Assembly (NCBI GenBank): GCA_964392435.1
Contig: CAYMOY010000001.1
Coordinates: 77,259 to 141,258 of the forward strand
Direction of reading: 5' to 3'
DNA length: 64,000 nucleotides
Origin: Candidatus Micrarchaeota archaeon
GTDB lineage: Archaea; Micrarchaeota; Micrarchaeia; Anstonellales; Anstonellaceae
Positions 28,501-37,653 of this stretch are shown in pieces (position 1 is the stretch's first letter; each line of letters begins with the position of its first letter). The position numbers and the translations under genes were made by a program. The notes under the pieces were generated by a model, which searched no databases, had not been told where the DNA came from, and worked only from the letters and a program-made list of their open reading frames with translations.

Positions 28501-28967
28501 CTGAGCAGCTTGAGGAAGAAAAGCGCATTTCTCAAAAAGCGCAGGTGCTCTCGCAGATGGAGGGGCAAAAGCAGCACGAGATATCAGGTTCAGCTTCCCT
28601 TCCTTTGGAAGAGGAAGACTTGGAAGTGCCAAAGCCGCCGCCAGATGATTCCGAATCCGGGCAGCCGGATTACGATACTGCAAAATACGGGCTGCGGCGC
28701 AAGATGCAAGAGGATGACATCCGGGCGAAGACCAAGGAGGAGGTTGAGGCGATAATGGAGGGCTATGCAAAAGATAATCTTGTATGGCTCTATGAAATTT
28801 ATTCCATGGGCGGGATGCCCCGCGAGGACTTCCTGCAAAAAGTAAAGGAGAAAATGGCCGAGGAAAAAATCGCCCTGCCGCAAGTTGGGGGTGAGGAGCC
28901 ACCTCCGCCTTCCAATCCCGCCCTTGCTAATTTGGGCAAGGAAATAGACAAGAGATATAAAAAGTAG
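25566..28967 (+). CDS. Giant low-complexity Q/E/P/A-rich protein with internal repeats inside the pilus operon
   Basis: 1133-aa uninterrupted ORF; short folded-looking termini; start may be ATG at 25584. Confidence 0.8.
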   Translation: MKENIRMAANDIFPSFVECSRQAREIERKLLPVKPSQISGKLRPEGSTQIFPREFEEYTVAYLVSEAQKVERKLFAANYQSAPNVSVAQASSKVELGQKVADELGQFASGAAQQPGYQTTPKVPGIPAKKDAIWGGAGAQAQPEGPSSGDEKISPPALPYQQGIPSEVRIAKEAELEAEAKMANESAHHPAQFGGYGSGEPGDASRKLRLQDQPSSSGLMSSSKLSPRLRAIIEEKLRKEEQAAQDAPVEIEKASYEKEEQEEKNEEPPVLSSRERLLRKLQRERQIREGEALLQGQERQPAKVLPRKLQEPAAGDEELPEQEEQGQQPEQEGREDLQRPPEDEEEIQEQERQPARVLPRKLQEPAAGDEELPEQEEQGQQPEQEGRENQQEEQEVSGQAEGAEEETPSQVEQPLEVASAKASAPAKSSILQKQPLAYGQVAQKGASALPPSSLSSGRILIKPIFAGQENEQDENQGARDDGAEKRMERISRIVRELSPDRYKAQAIAKKPDASSEKGDAKPGEPAAPLRMEKRPTAKPVLKKKAKIQVNEQQPWEEAQEEQQEPPSDAEGPQGQENPQEEAQEESEVRQRLGWNQPQAKKKLAPKVSGKRQGELANAKRKNLPAGAQQQKKAGKAQKSLPAAKEPSGGKIRSQDQGGFPKKQQVALQKQSKSPQTARARQAASPSKEVFQSKSPPMQSAKRQLPQPQKSVAYAQRGTPVQYQDERRPAASSSQPLPSRQVAPAANKPPTVSRPSVAASARPVSRLSPYSAPPARPASGPSLGRPIMRQVQAPTAYRTSPQPIPRAGSRPRILPGGAQQMAPQTYLPPRRTIIRPQALGQESLAVGQPEEDSQPMRETGGLPKRRAAYPQPGSGEALLQGQERQPARVLPRKLQEPAAGDEELPEQEEQGQQPEQEGRENQQEEQEVSGQAEGAEEETPSQVEQPLEVASAKARLSAISQVSGLKPRKNVLDEPVQKTPEQLEEEKRISQKAQVLSQMEGQKQHEISGSASLPLEEEDLEVPKPPPDDSESGQPDYDTAKYGLRRKMQEDDIRAKTKEEVEAIMEGYAKDNLVWLYEIYSMGGMPREDFLQKVKEKMAEEKIALPQVGGEEPPPPSNPALANLGKEIDKRYKK
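26433..26570 (+). repeat. Intragenic repeat copy 1 (138 bp)
   Basis: Near-identical to 28185-28322; encodes GEALLQGQERQPAKVLPRKLQEPAAGDEELPEQEEQGQQPEQEGRE. Confidence 0.9.
26612..26833 (+). repeat. Intragenic repeat copy 2 (222 bp)
   Basis: Appears identical to 28205-28426 by manual comparison. Confidence 0.9.
28185..28426 (+). repeat. Intragenic repeat copy 3 (242 bp)
   Basis: 5' end matches copy 1; the remainder matches copy 2. Confidence 0.9.
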
Positions 28968-28995
28968 TGCCTAACAATTAATATAGAGGGAATGC

Positions 28996-29931
28996 ATGGC
29001 TGAAAACAAGGCAGGTCTGGCAAACGCTTCAAATTCAAAATCAAAGGTCTCCCAGCCGCTTATCACCCAGCCAATGAGGGATGTGGAAGGGCCGCAGGAC
29101 CCCTCCCAATTCAGGAATCTCATGCGTTCGCTGGCATCCCATTTTCCTGACTTGCGCAAGGACCTGGTGCGCGCAGACATGCAGTATACGCCAGCCGGGT
29201 TTGTCCAGTCCGCCCTCATAAATGCAATAACAATAGCCCTGGTCCTGCTCGTAATCGCCTATCTTTTCCTGCGCGGGCAGGAAATGGCGCCATTTCTGAT
29301 ACTGCTTCTTGCCCCAGTGTTTCTTTTCCTGGCTTTCTTCTACGCGATGTATTTTCCGAAGGCAAGGGCCCGCATGAGGGCAAAGCGCATGGAACAGGAG
29401 CTGGTGTTTGCGGGAAGGCACATGCTAATCGAGCTCAAAAGCGGAGTGCCCCTGTTCGACGCTATGCTGGGCATCTCTCAGGACTACGGCGAAATATCTG
29501 TGGAGTTCAACAAGATTGTGGAAAAAGTGACGCTGGGCGTTCCGCTTGGCGTGGCGCTGCACGAGGTTGCGGAGACCAACCCCTCCCAGTACTTCAAGCG
29601 GGTCATCCTCCAGGTGGCGAACTCGCTTGCATCAGGCTCGGATGTCGCAGCCGCCCTGGAAGCCGCGCTGGACCAGATTTCGCGCGAACAGGCAATAGAG
29701 CTTAAGGCATACGGGCAGAAGCTCAACCCCATTGTGATGTTCTTCATGATATTCGGGATAATCCTCCCTTCGCTTGGCATAGCATTCCTGATAATACTGG
29801 TGTCCTTCCTGGGCTCATCAGTCTCATTCGGCCCAACCGCGCTTTTCGGAGTGCTGCTTGCCATCGGGCTGGTGCAATTCATCTTCCTGACAATGGTTGA
29901 GGGTTCCAGGCCGAAGTTCGATATAGTATGA
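28996..29931 (+). CDS. Type II/IV secretion F-family (TadB/C) platform protein
   Basis: HMLIELKSGVPLF, EFNKIV...LGVPLGVAL, ELKAYGQKLNP, TM helices. Confidence 0.88.
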   Translation: MAENKAGLANASNSKSKVSQPLITQPMRDVEGPQDPSQFRNLMRSLASHFPDLRKDLVRADMQYTPAGFVQSALINAITIALVLLVIAYLFLRGQEMAPFLILLLAPVFLFLAFFYAMYFPKARARMRAKRMEQELVFAGRHMLIELKSGVPLFDAMLGISQDYGEISVEFNKIVEKVTLGVPLGVALHEVAETNPSQYFKRVILQVANSLASGSDVAAALEAALDQISREQAIELKAYGQKLNPIVMFFMIFGIILPSLGIAFLIILVSFLGSSVSFGPTALFGVLLAIGLVQFIFLTMVEGSRPKFDIV

Positions 29932-29940
29932 TGTGGTTCG

Positions 29941-31011
29941 ATGTCCAACGTTCTTTATGAAATGATCGGGCGGCTCTTCTCGCGCAGCCAGATGCGCAAG
30001 CTGGGGTTATTGCTTGAAACTTCCGGCATAAATTTCGTGCCAGAGGCATTCGCAGGCTTCATAGTGATACTTTCAGTTGTCCTATCCATTTTTACCTATC
30101 TGCTGCTCTCATCCATCTCAACCACCCGCAGTTTCATGTTCAGGCTTTCCTCAATGCTCTCGCCAGGCCTGACGCTCCAGTCGCCTGACTTTTTCCTCAT
30201 CGTTTCAGTTATTTTCTCAGTCCTGATTGCGACAGGATCGCTGCTGCTGGTTGTTTATGTCTGGCTGATGCTGCGGGCGGACAGCAGGCGCAGGAATGTT
30301 GAGGAGGTGCTGCCGGACTTCCTATCGCTTTCCGCAGCCAACGTTCGGGCGGGAATGACAATCGACCAGGCGATGTGGTATGCCGCAAAGCCCGAGTTTG
30401 GCATACTCTCGGTTGAAGTTGCTACGGTGGCGAAAAAGACATTCGGCGGGGTTCCGTTCAACCAGGCTGTCGACTACCTGACTGACAGGTTCAATTCCAA
30501 GTCAATCCGCAGGTCCGTGGCCCTCATCAAGCAGGGCATGGCATCCGGCGGGCAGCTTGCAGACATACTTGAGAGGACTGCGGAGGATGCCAGGCAGATG
30601 CATGTGCTCCAAAAGGAGATAGCCGCTTCGCTTCTGATGTATGTGATATTCATCGTCTTCGCAGGCGCCCTCGGCACCCCATTCCTATTTGCCATCTCCG
30701 GCAAGCTGGTGGGCATGCTGGAAAACGTGTTTGCCACGCTGCCAACCGACACTTCATCGTTTGCCGGCTCAATGCAGACACCCCTAATATCCGCGAGCCG
30801 CTCAGCAATCTCATCATCCGACTTTTTCCTCTTCACCATACTCTCATGCATAATGACCGCGATTTTTTCCGCTCTGATAATAGGGGTGATTTCCAAGGGG
30901 AGCAAAAGGGACGGCGTGCCTTACTTGCCATTCCTCCTGGTTGCTTCTCTGGCGATTTTCTTAATTGTCAGCGCCCTTCTGGACAGTTTCCTCTCCAATA
31001 TTTATGTATGA
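29941..31011 (+). CDS. Type II/IV secretion F-family (TadB/C) platform protein
   Basis: LPDFLSLSAANVRAGMT, GGQLADILERTAED, TM helices. Confidence 0.88.
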   Translation: MSNVLYEMIGRLFSRSQMRKLGLLLETSGINFVPEAFAGFIVILSVVLSIFTYLLLSSISTTRSFMFRLSSMLSPGLTLQSPDFFLIVSVIFSVLIATGSLLLVVYVWLMLRADSRRRNVEEVLPDFLSLSAANVRAGMTIDQAMWYAAKPEFGILSVEVATVAKKTFGGVPFNQAVDYLTDRFNSKSIRRSVALIKQGMASGGQLADILERTAEDARQMHVLQKEIAASLLMYVIFIVFAGALGTPFLFAISGKLVGMLENVFATLPTDTSSFAGSMQTPLISASRSAISSSDFFLFTILSCIMTAIFSALIIGVISKGSKRDGVPYLPFLLVASLAIFLIVSALLDSFLSNIYV

Positions 31012-31039
31012 ACTGATGGTAATCATTGAGGTGGTTGAT

Positions 31040-31537
31040 GTGTTGAACGGAAAAAAGAAAGGCCAGGCGGCAATGGAATACCTGATGACCTACGGCTGGG
31101 CTCTCCTGGTCATCGTAGTGGTCATCGCAATACTGCTCATCATAAATCCGCTTCAGCCTCCAGCAGGATGCCGTTTTGACACAATCGGCTTCACCTGCAG
31201 CGACCCGCTGGTTGCATCAAATGGAATGCTTTATCTGAAAATGACCAATGGCAACAGCAACAACATAGAAATCTATGGGCTGAAGTGCACAACTGACAAA
31301 TCGCCCAAGCCGCCAGTGCTCTCTGGTTCAGAAACCCTGGTAAAGAGGCTGCAGAGGCAGGAGCCCTACGAGTTCAACATAACCTGCACTGCCCCTGGCG
31401 TCGGGACAATCAGCCCGCAGCCCGGCTCGGACTTCTCAGGCAAGCTCTGGATATTCTACAAAAACGAGGAGGACGGTGCTGGCTATCCAATGCGCTCCAT
31501 AAGTGCGAATGTGGCCTCCAAGGTTGTTGCCTCCTAA
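31040..31537 (+). CDS. Archaeal type IV pilin (class III signal peptide)
   Basis: KKKG^QAAMEYLMTYGWALLVIVVVIAILL; GAGGTG SD upstream of GTG; start refined. Confidence 0.88.
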   Translation: MLNGKKKGQAAMEYLMTYGWALLVIVVVIAILLIINPLQPPAGCRFDTIGFTCSDPLVASNGMLYLKMTNGNSNNIEIYGLKCTTDKSPKPPVLSGSETLVKRLQRQEPYEFNITCTAPGVGTISPQPGSDFSGKLWIFYKNEEDGAGYPMRSISANVASKVVAS

Positions 31538-31557
31538 GCTAAGGCGGCAACTTCTCC

Positions 31558-31580
31558 TTTTTTTTCATTTTTATTTTTTT
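31558..31580 (+). terminator. Oligo-T terminator of the pilus operon
   Basis: TTTTTTTTCATTTTTATTTTTTT directly after the pilin stop. Confidence 0.65.
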
Positions 31581-31605
31581 ACACCTGTACGTGGGGTAGG
31601 TTTGA

Positions 31606-33012
31606 ATGGCAAGGGCAGAAGAGGATTTCATGGGCAGGGTTTCGGTTCCCGATGGCGCCTACTACGGCATCTTTACTGTGCGCGCGGAGGGCAATTTCAA
31701 AATATCAGGCGTCCGCCCCTCCGAAGACTTCATCCGCATGCTTGCCCTTGTCAAGAAAAGCTGCGCAGAGGCGAACATTGCGACCGGGGAGATGGACGCG
31801 AAGACTGGCAGGGCGCTTGTCAGGGCGGCCCAAGAGGCGGCCGAGGGCAAATTCAACAGCCATTTCATTCTTGATGCCTACACTGCAGGGGCAGGCACGC
31901 CTTTCAACATGAACATGAATGAGGTTCTCGCAAATCGCGCCGAGGAGCTTCTTGGGGGGAAAAAGGGGAACTATGCTCTGGTGCATCCGAACAATTCGGC
32001 CAACATGTCCCAGTCTTCAAACGACGTCATCCCAACGGCAATCCGCCTCACCCTTATCCATCAATCCGAATTGGTCACAGCTGAGGCGGAAAAGCTGGCA
32101 TCCTCAATCCAAGCAAAGGCAAAGGAGTTCTCCTCAGTTGTAAAGGCGGGCAGGACGCATCTCATGGATGCGGTCCCACTCGGAGTGGGCGACGAGCTTT
32201 CTGCATTCTCATCCGCATTGCGCAAGGATATTTCCCTAATCGAGTCTGCGGCAGATTCACTGCGCGAGCTTCCCATCGGCGCAACCGCGCTCGGCTCGGG
32301 CATCAACACGCATCCTGATTATGCCAAGCTTGCCATCAAGCGCATAGCCGCCAATACCGGCATTAGGGTAAGGGGGGGAGAAAACCTCTTCAGGCTCCTT
32401 TCAACCTCTTCAGACTTCCTAGCCTATTCCTCTGCGCTTTGTTCTCTTGCAACCACGATATCCAAGCTTTCAAACGACCTTAAGCTTCTCTCCTCTGGTC
32501 CAAATACCATGGTGGGCGAATACATTCTGCCCGAGGTGGAGCCGGGGTCCTCCATAATGCCAGGAAAAGTCAACCCTTCCATCCCGGAGTGCGCAGAAAT
32601 GGTCTGCAACCGCGTGCTTGGGCTGGGCCAGTCTGTGCAGCTTGCCTGCCTGGGGGGGCAGCTGCAGCTCAACGTGCAAACGCCGCTTATCTTGCAGTGC
32701 CTGACTGAGGCAAATGGCCTGCTTGCAGCCTGCTGTCTGATGCTGCGGAAGAAGTGCGTTTCAGGCTTGAGGATAAACAGGCAGAAGATGCAGAAGAACC
32801 TGGATGCCACCCTCATTTCCCTCACCGCTCTTGCTCCTTACTTCGGCTATGCGAAGATGAGCGGGCTTGTCAAGCGTGCGCAAAAGGAGGGGAAGAGTGT
32901 GCGGCAGGCGGTGCTCGATGAAAAGCTTCTTACTGGGGAAGAGTTTGACTCCCTGATGTCCCCCCAAAGGCTGACCCGCCCCTGCGTGAAAAAGAAAATA
33001 GGGAAAAAATAG
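31606..33012 (+). CDS. Class II fumarase / aspartate ammonia-lyase family
   Basis: GAGTPFNMNMNEV, SQSSND, GRTHLMDA, GSSIMPGKVNP; fumC versus aspA not resolvable by eye. Confidence 0.9.
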   Translation: MARAEEDFMGRVSVPDGAYYGIFTVRAEGNFKISGVRPSEDFIRMLALVKKSCAEANIATGEMDAKTGRALVRAAQEAAEGKFNSHFILDAYTAGAGTPFNMNMNEVLANRAEELLGGKKGNYALVHPNNSANMSQSSNDVIPTAIRLTLIHQSELVTAEAEKLASSIQAKAKEFSSVVKAGRTHLMDAVPLGVGDELSAFSSALRKDISLIESAADSLRELPIGATALGSGINTHPDYAKLAIKRIAANTGIRVRGGENLFRLLSTSSDFLAYSSALCSLATTISKLSNDLKLLSSGPNTMVGEYILPEVEPGSSIMPGKVNPSIPECAEMVCNRVLGLGQSVQLACLGGQLQLNVQTPLILQCLTEANGLLAACCLMLRKKCVSGLRINRQKMQKNLDATLISLTALAPYFGYAKMSGLVKRAQKEGKSVRQAVLDEKLLTGEEFDSLMSPQRLTRPCVKKKIGKK

Positions 33013-33021
33013 CCGTGCGCG

Positions 33022-33053
33022 GCCAATGCACGCCAATGCACTATTCTTTTAAA
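33022..33053 (+). promoter_or_regulatory. Candidate promoter of the psmA operon: 10-bp tandem repeat plus TATA
   Basis: GCCAATGCAC twice (33022-33041), then TTTTAAA (33047-33053). Confidence 0.45.
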
Positions 33054-33145
33054 CCCTCTCCCCTTCAATACAGGCGTAGACTAAGAAAAAAAGGGAGACG
33101 GCTTCCAGCATTGTCTTCTAATAGAACCAATCAGGGGTGAAATCT

Positions 33146-33853
33146 ATGTACCCTCCGCAACAGCAGGCATATGACCGTGCCATAACGGTGTTCTCGCCGG
33201 ACGGCAGGCTCTTCCAGGTGGAATACGCCAAGGAGGCAGTCAAGCGCGGCGCCACCGCCATAGGCATGATCTTCGATGGCGGCGTGCTTCTGATGGCATA
33301 CAAGAATGCGCCATCCAAGCTGCTTGTTCCAGAATCGATGAAAAAGATATTCGAGATAGACCGCCACATGGCAGCCACGGCGTCTGGCTTGATTGCCGAT
33401 GCGCGCAGGCTAGTGGACCTGGCGAGGATGGAATCTCAGCGGCACCGCCTGGCATATTCGGAGTCGGCTTCTGTGGAAGCCATTGCCAAGGAGCTTTGCG
33501 ACCTGATGCAGGTGTACACGCAATACGGCGGCATCCGCCCTTTCGGGGTTTCGCTTCTGGTTGCTGGCGTGGACAGCCAGCCCCATCTTTACGAGGCAGA
33601 GCCTTCAGGGGCATTGACCGGATACCTTGCAGACGCAGTTGGCTCCGGCAAGAAGGAAGTGGAGGAGTTCTTCGAGAAAGAATACAAGCAGAACCTGTCT
33701 CAGGACGAGGCAATCGCGCTTGCGGTGAAGGCGCTGAAAAAATCAGGCGATCTTACCATAAAGCCTGAGACGCTGGAAATAGCGGTTGCCACAATGAAGA
33801 AGAAGGAGTTTGTCATTCTCTCCCAAAAGGAAGTGGAAAAGTACCTCAAGTGA
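33146..33853 (+). CDS. psmA: Proteasome alpha subunit
   Basis: YDRAITVFSPDGRLFQVEYAKEAV, RPFGVSLL; GGGGTGA SD. Confidence 0.98.
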   Translation: MYPPQQQAYDRAITVFSPDGRLFQVEYAKEAVKRGATAIGMIFDGGVLLMAYKNAPSKLLVPESMKKIFEIDRHMAATASGLIADARRLVDLARMESQRHRLAYSESASVEAIAKELCDLMQVYTQYGGIRPFGVSLLVAGVDSQPHLYEAEPSGALTGYLADAVGSGKKEVEEFFEKEYKQNLSQDEAIALAVKALKKSGDLTIKPETLEIAVATMKKKEFVILSQKEVEKYLK

Positions 33854-33864
33854 GGGGCGCCACC

Positions 33865-34557
33865 ATGGCAAGCCTGGACAAGTCAATTACCGCGCATATG
33901 GACATCAACTCCGAGCGCTATGAGATACTGGTAGACCCCGATTTGGCTTACCTATACAGGATAGGGCAGAAAAAAGAGCTCAACAATGTGCTGACTGTCG
34001 AGGAGGTTTTCAAGAACTTCAAGAAGGGGGAGCGGCACACCACAAGCTCGCTGCAAAAGGCGTTCGGCACAACGGATGTGTGGCAGATTTCCGAGCGCAT
34101 ACTGAAAAACGGGGAGATACAGCTCACCACCGACCAGAAACGCAAGATGCTGGAGGAAAAGAAGAAGCAGGTCATCTCGATAATCGCGCGGGAGGCGATA
34201 GACCCGCGCACAGGGGCGCCGCACACGCAAATGCGCATCGAGCAGGCGCTTGAGGAGTCTCGTGTGCACATCGACGCTTTCAAGGATGCCGCGCAGCAGA
34301 TTGAAGATGTCATCAAGGCGATGCGCCCCATCATCCCGCTGAAATTCGAGCACGTGCGCATCGCTGTGAAAGTGCCTCCCTCATATGCGCAGAGGATTTA
34401 CGGCTCGCTGAAAGGGTATGGGATACAAAAGGAGGAATGGTCCCGGGACGGGAGCCTGATAGTTGTGATAGAGATGCCCGCAGGTATGCAGGGCGAGTTT
34501 TATGACCGGCTCAATAGGATGACAGCCGGCAGCGTGGAAACGAAAATATTGAAATGA
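33865..34557 (+). CDS. Ribosome maturation factor SBDS/Sdo1
   Basis: RYEILVDP, AFGTTD, GEIQLTTDQKR, DPRTGAPH. Confidence 0.95.
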   Translation: MASLDKSITAHMDINSERYEILVDPDLAYLYRIGQKKELNNVLTVEEVFKNFKKGERHTTSSLQKAFGTTDVWQISERILKNGEIQLTTDQKRKMLEEKKKQVISIIAREAIDPRTGAPHTQMRIEQALEESRVHIDAFKDAAQQIEDVIKAMRPIIPLKFEHVRIAVKVPPSYAQRIYGSLKGYGIQKEEWSRDGSLIVVIEMPAGMQGEFYDRLNRMTAGSVETKILK

Positions 34558-34607
34558 ATGGTGGGAAATTCAAAAAGCAAAGGAATAGTCGGGATTTACG
34601 GTGATTG

Positions 34608-35211
34608 CATGGCAGAAAGCAGAATAGTGATGCCCGGGGAGATTCTCTCCGAGCGAGAAGAGCGGATAAGCTATGCCTATGTGGATGGTGGCAAGACCTA
34701 CTCCACAGTGGTGGGGCTTTTCTCCGAGGGCAAATTGGTGCCGCTTGAGGGCCCATACGAGCCGCTGCCCGAAGACTACGTGGTCGGTGTGATTTCCGAA
34801 GTCAAGTTCTCCGGTTACAGTGTAGATGTCAACTGCGCCTATCCAGCGTTTTTGTCCAGCCGGGAAATACGCGAGCGCTTTTCAATGGGCGATGCGATTT
34901 TCGCCAAGATAATCAACATAAACGAGATGCGCGACTTGGAGCTTGCGGACGCCAAGAAGCTGCCCCCGGGCAGGCTGGTAAAAGTCTCATCTGTGAAAAT
35001 ACCCCGCATAATAGGGAAGAAAAACTCGATGATAGACATGCTCCAATCGGCGACTGGCTGCCAGATATTCGCAGGCCGCAATGGCTACGTCTGGATAGAT
35101 GGCAAGGGGAATGCAGGCCTTGCAGAGGAGGCGCTGCGCACCATTGAAGCTCAGGCGCACACGCACGGGCTTACTGATAGGATGGCAGCATTCTTGAAAG
35201 GGAAGAAATAA
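34608..35211 (+). CDS. rrp4: Exosome subunit Rrp4
   Basis: IVMPGE, YEPLPEDYVVG, KIPRIIGKKNSM, GRNGYVWI. Confidence 0.92.
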
Positions 35212-35230
35212 TTGGCATTGATTAGGTGAT

Positions 35231-35989
35231 TTGATGGGTGGAAATTCGGCAAACGCCCCGCAGCTTTTGTCTGGCGGGAAAAGACTGGACGGAAGGGGAA
35301 TTGAAGACCTGCGCCCGATAAAAATAGTGGCGCGAGTTCTCAACGACGCTGACGGCTCAGCATACATCGAGTGGGGCAAGAACAAGATACTGGCGGGCGT
35401 GTACGGGCCTTCGGAGTGCATTCCGCGCCACGACCAGTCGCTGTACCGGGCGATTGTGAAATGCCGCTACAACATGGCACCGTTTTCAGGCGCGGAGGAA
35501 CACGGGCGCAGCGGGCCTAACAGGCGCAGCAAGGAGCTTTCCAAGGTCATGCGCGAGGCGTTTGAGAACCTGATAATCTCCGAGAACTTCCCGAAAACGC
35601 AGATAGAGATATACGTGGAGGTGCTCCAGTCGGACGGGGGCACACGGTGCGCCGCGCTGACTGCTGCCGCAGTGGCTCTTGCCGATGCTGGGATACCGAT
35701 GAAGGATTTGCCCTGCGCAGTTGCGGTGTGCAAGATAGCGGGGCAGATGGCTGTGGACCCAGGCAAGGAAGAGGACAACTTCGGGGAATCCGACATGCCT
35801 ATCGCATTTGCGCCCCGAAACGGCGATGTGCTGCTGTTCCAGATGGACGGCCTGCTGACCCAGGAAGAGCTTTCCCGAGGCTTTGAGCTTGCAAAAAAAG
35901 CAGCCGTGGAGATACACAAGATACAGGTGGATGCGATACAAACGGTCTATCAGGAGCCCAAAGAGGAGAGGTTCCTCCTGATAAAGTAG
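35231..35989 (+). CDS. rrp41: Exosome subunit Rrp41
   Basis: RLDGR...LRP, ADGSAYIEWG, VLQSDGGTR. Confidence 0.96.
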   Translation: MMGGNSANAPQLLSGGKRLDGRGIEDLRPIKIVARVLNDADGSAYIEWGKNKILAGVYGPSECIPRHDQSLYRAIVKCRYNMAPFSGAEEHGRSGPNRRSKELSKVMREAFENLIISENFPKTQIEIYVEVLQSDGGTRCAALTAAAVALADAGIPMKDLPCAVAVCKIAGQMAVDPGKEEDNFGESDMPIAFAPRNGDVLLFQMDGLLTQEELSRGFELAKKAAVEIHKIQVDAIQTVYQEPKEERFLLIK

Positions 35990-36010
35990 CGCTATTGAAG
36001 ATGTGATAAC

Positions 36011-36787
36011 ATGGAAACAATAAACGAGATAAAACGCGACACGCTCTCCGCGCTTTTGAGCGCGGGCAAGCGCCCGGATGGCAGGGGCATGCACGACTAC
36101 CGCAAGATTTCAGTGCAAACAGCGCCTCTGCAAAACGCCGAGGGCTCATCACTGGTCTCAATCGGCAAGTCCCAGGTGATGGCTGGAATAAAATTCGACA
36201 TAGCCACGCCTTTCGCAGACAGGCCGGAGGAGGGCGTGCTCTCGACCTCTGCAGACCTGCTGCCGCTCGCATCGCACCTGTTTGAGACTGGCCCGCCATC
36301 CGACGAGTCGATAGAGCTTGCGCGCGTGGTGGACAGGGGCATACGAAGCTCGAACACAATAGATTTGAAGTCCTTTTTCCTGGAGGAGGGCAAGGTGCTT
36401 GCGCTTTACATCGACATATTCATCCTTGACCACGATGGCAACCTGATAGACGCGTCATCGCTTGCCGCAATGGAGGCATTGCTTTGCGCCAGGATGCCAA
36501 AAGTGGAGGGCGGCAAGATAGTGCGGGGGGAATACTCGGGAAAGCTCCCGCTGAAGGACAAGGTGGTGACCTGCACTTTCGGGAAGCTTGCCGGCAAGAC
36601 CTTCCTTGACCCCTGTTTGGATGAGGAAAAGGGCATGGACTGCAGGCTCACATTGGCAACCACGCCCAAGTACATCTGCGCAGGACAGAAGGGGCGCTGG
36701 GGCGCGATTTCGGAAAAGGATTTAATGGAGTTGGCGGATATATCGATGAGGAAAGGCAACGAGCTGCGCTCATTGCTCTCGGATTGA
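36011..36787 (+). CDS. rrp42: Exosome subunit Rrp42
   Basis: GKRPDGR, AEGSS, FETGPP, ARVVDRGIR, DHDGNLID. Confidence 0.96.
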   Translation: METINEIKRDTLSALLSAGKRPDGRGMHDYRKISVQTAPLQNAEGSSLVSIGKSQVMAGIKFDIATPFADRPEEGVLSTSADLLPLASHLFETGPPSDESIELARVVDRGIRSSNTIDLKSFFLEEGKVLALYIDIFILDHDGNLIDASSLAAMEALLCARMPKVEGGKIVRGEYSGKLPLKDKVVTCTFGKLAGKTFLDPCLDEEKGMDCRLTLATTPKYICAGQKGRWGAISEKDLMELADISMRKGNELRSLLSD

Positions 36788-36799
36788 TTGGTGGTTGAA

Positions 36800-37039
36800 A
36801 TGTCAAACAGAAACGTAAGATACGGCGCAGAGCTCCGCAAGCGCGCAGGAAAGATTGAAGCGCTCAAGTCCTCCAAATTTTCCTGCCCAAAATGCGGCAA
36901 GAAAAATGTCCGCCGAAACGGCAACTCCCGGTGGGAGTGCAAATCGTGCAAAGCGATTTTTGCCGGAGGCACTTACTCGCTATCCACGCCTGCCGGGGAA
37001 GCGGCGGTCAGGCTCATAGACGAATACAAAAAGAGGTAG
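36800..37039 (+). CDS. rpl37ae: 50S ribosomal protein L37Ae
   Basis: RYGAELR, CPKC...WECKSC, FAGGTY. Confidence 0.95.
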   Translation: MSNRNVRYGAELRKRAGKIEALKSSKFSCPKCGKKNVRRNGNSRWECKSCKAIFAGGTYSLSTPAGEAAVRLIDEYKKR

Positions 37040-37043
37040 TCGC

Positions 37044-37175
37044 ATGTACTCGTGCCCAAAATGCAAGAAGAAAATGCCTTCAATAGACGGGAAATTCACC
37101 CGCTGCCCGCATTGCGGCAACCGCGTGCTTTTCAAGGACCGCGAGCCTGTTGCGCGCGATGTCTCCACCGATTAA
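37044..37175 (+). CDS. rpoP: RNA polymerase subunit P (Rpo12)
   Basis: Manual translation MYSCPKCKKKMPSIDGKFTRCPHCGNRVLFKDREPVARDVSTD*; expected operon position; below ORF-track cutoff. Confidence 0.92.
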   Translation: MYSCPKCKKKMPSIDGKFTRCPHCGNRVLFKDREPVARDVSTD

Positions 37176-37185
37176 GCTGGTGCGG

Positions 37186-37653
37186 ATGCTCATCACGACT
37201 GGCAAGAGCAATGGCAAATCCAACAGGGCAATAGCCTCTGCACTGTTCCTTGCAACTCCCGGCTCGCTTTTTTGGGGGCGGGGGAAGCGCACCCTGGCAG
37301 CCCTTGTCCGCCAAGCGAAGAAAAAGCGCTTTTCCCGAATATGCGCAATCTACAGCCGAGGAAAAGCCGGGCAGAGCATCAATTTCCTCTCTCTTGAAGG
37401 GGGGCAAACCCGGTGGCTTTCGCCAAAAATAGTCGTGCAAACATTGTCTGCCCCAAAAAGGGCGCATTTGCCCCGTTCCAGTTCCCTTGCCCTGTCCGGG
37501 CCAAAGGCCAAGGTGCTGCGCAGGCTCATGGGTTTTTGCCCAAGGGCAAAGGCAGGCAGATGCAAATCAAAGATATCCGCCAGCGCCAAAAAGCTTTCAT
37601 TTTTCATTGGGGGAAAAAAAGCCCTTGAATTGGGGGTGTCTTATGAAAAATGA
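37186..37653 (+). CDS. Brix/Imp4-domain rRNA maturation protein
   Basis: MLITTGK, RGKRTLAALVRQA; canonical position after rpoP. Confidence 0.75.
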   Translation: MLITTGKSNGKSNRAIASALFLATPGSLFWGRGKRTLAALVRQAKKKRFSRICAIYSRGKAGQSINFLSLEGGQTRWLSPKIVVQTLSAPKRAHLPRSSSLALSGPKAKVLRRLMGFCPRAKAGRCKSKISASAKKLSFFIGGKKALELGVSYEK

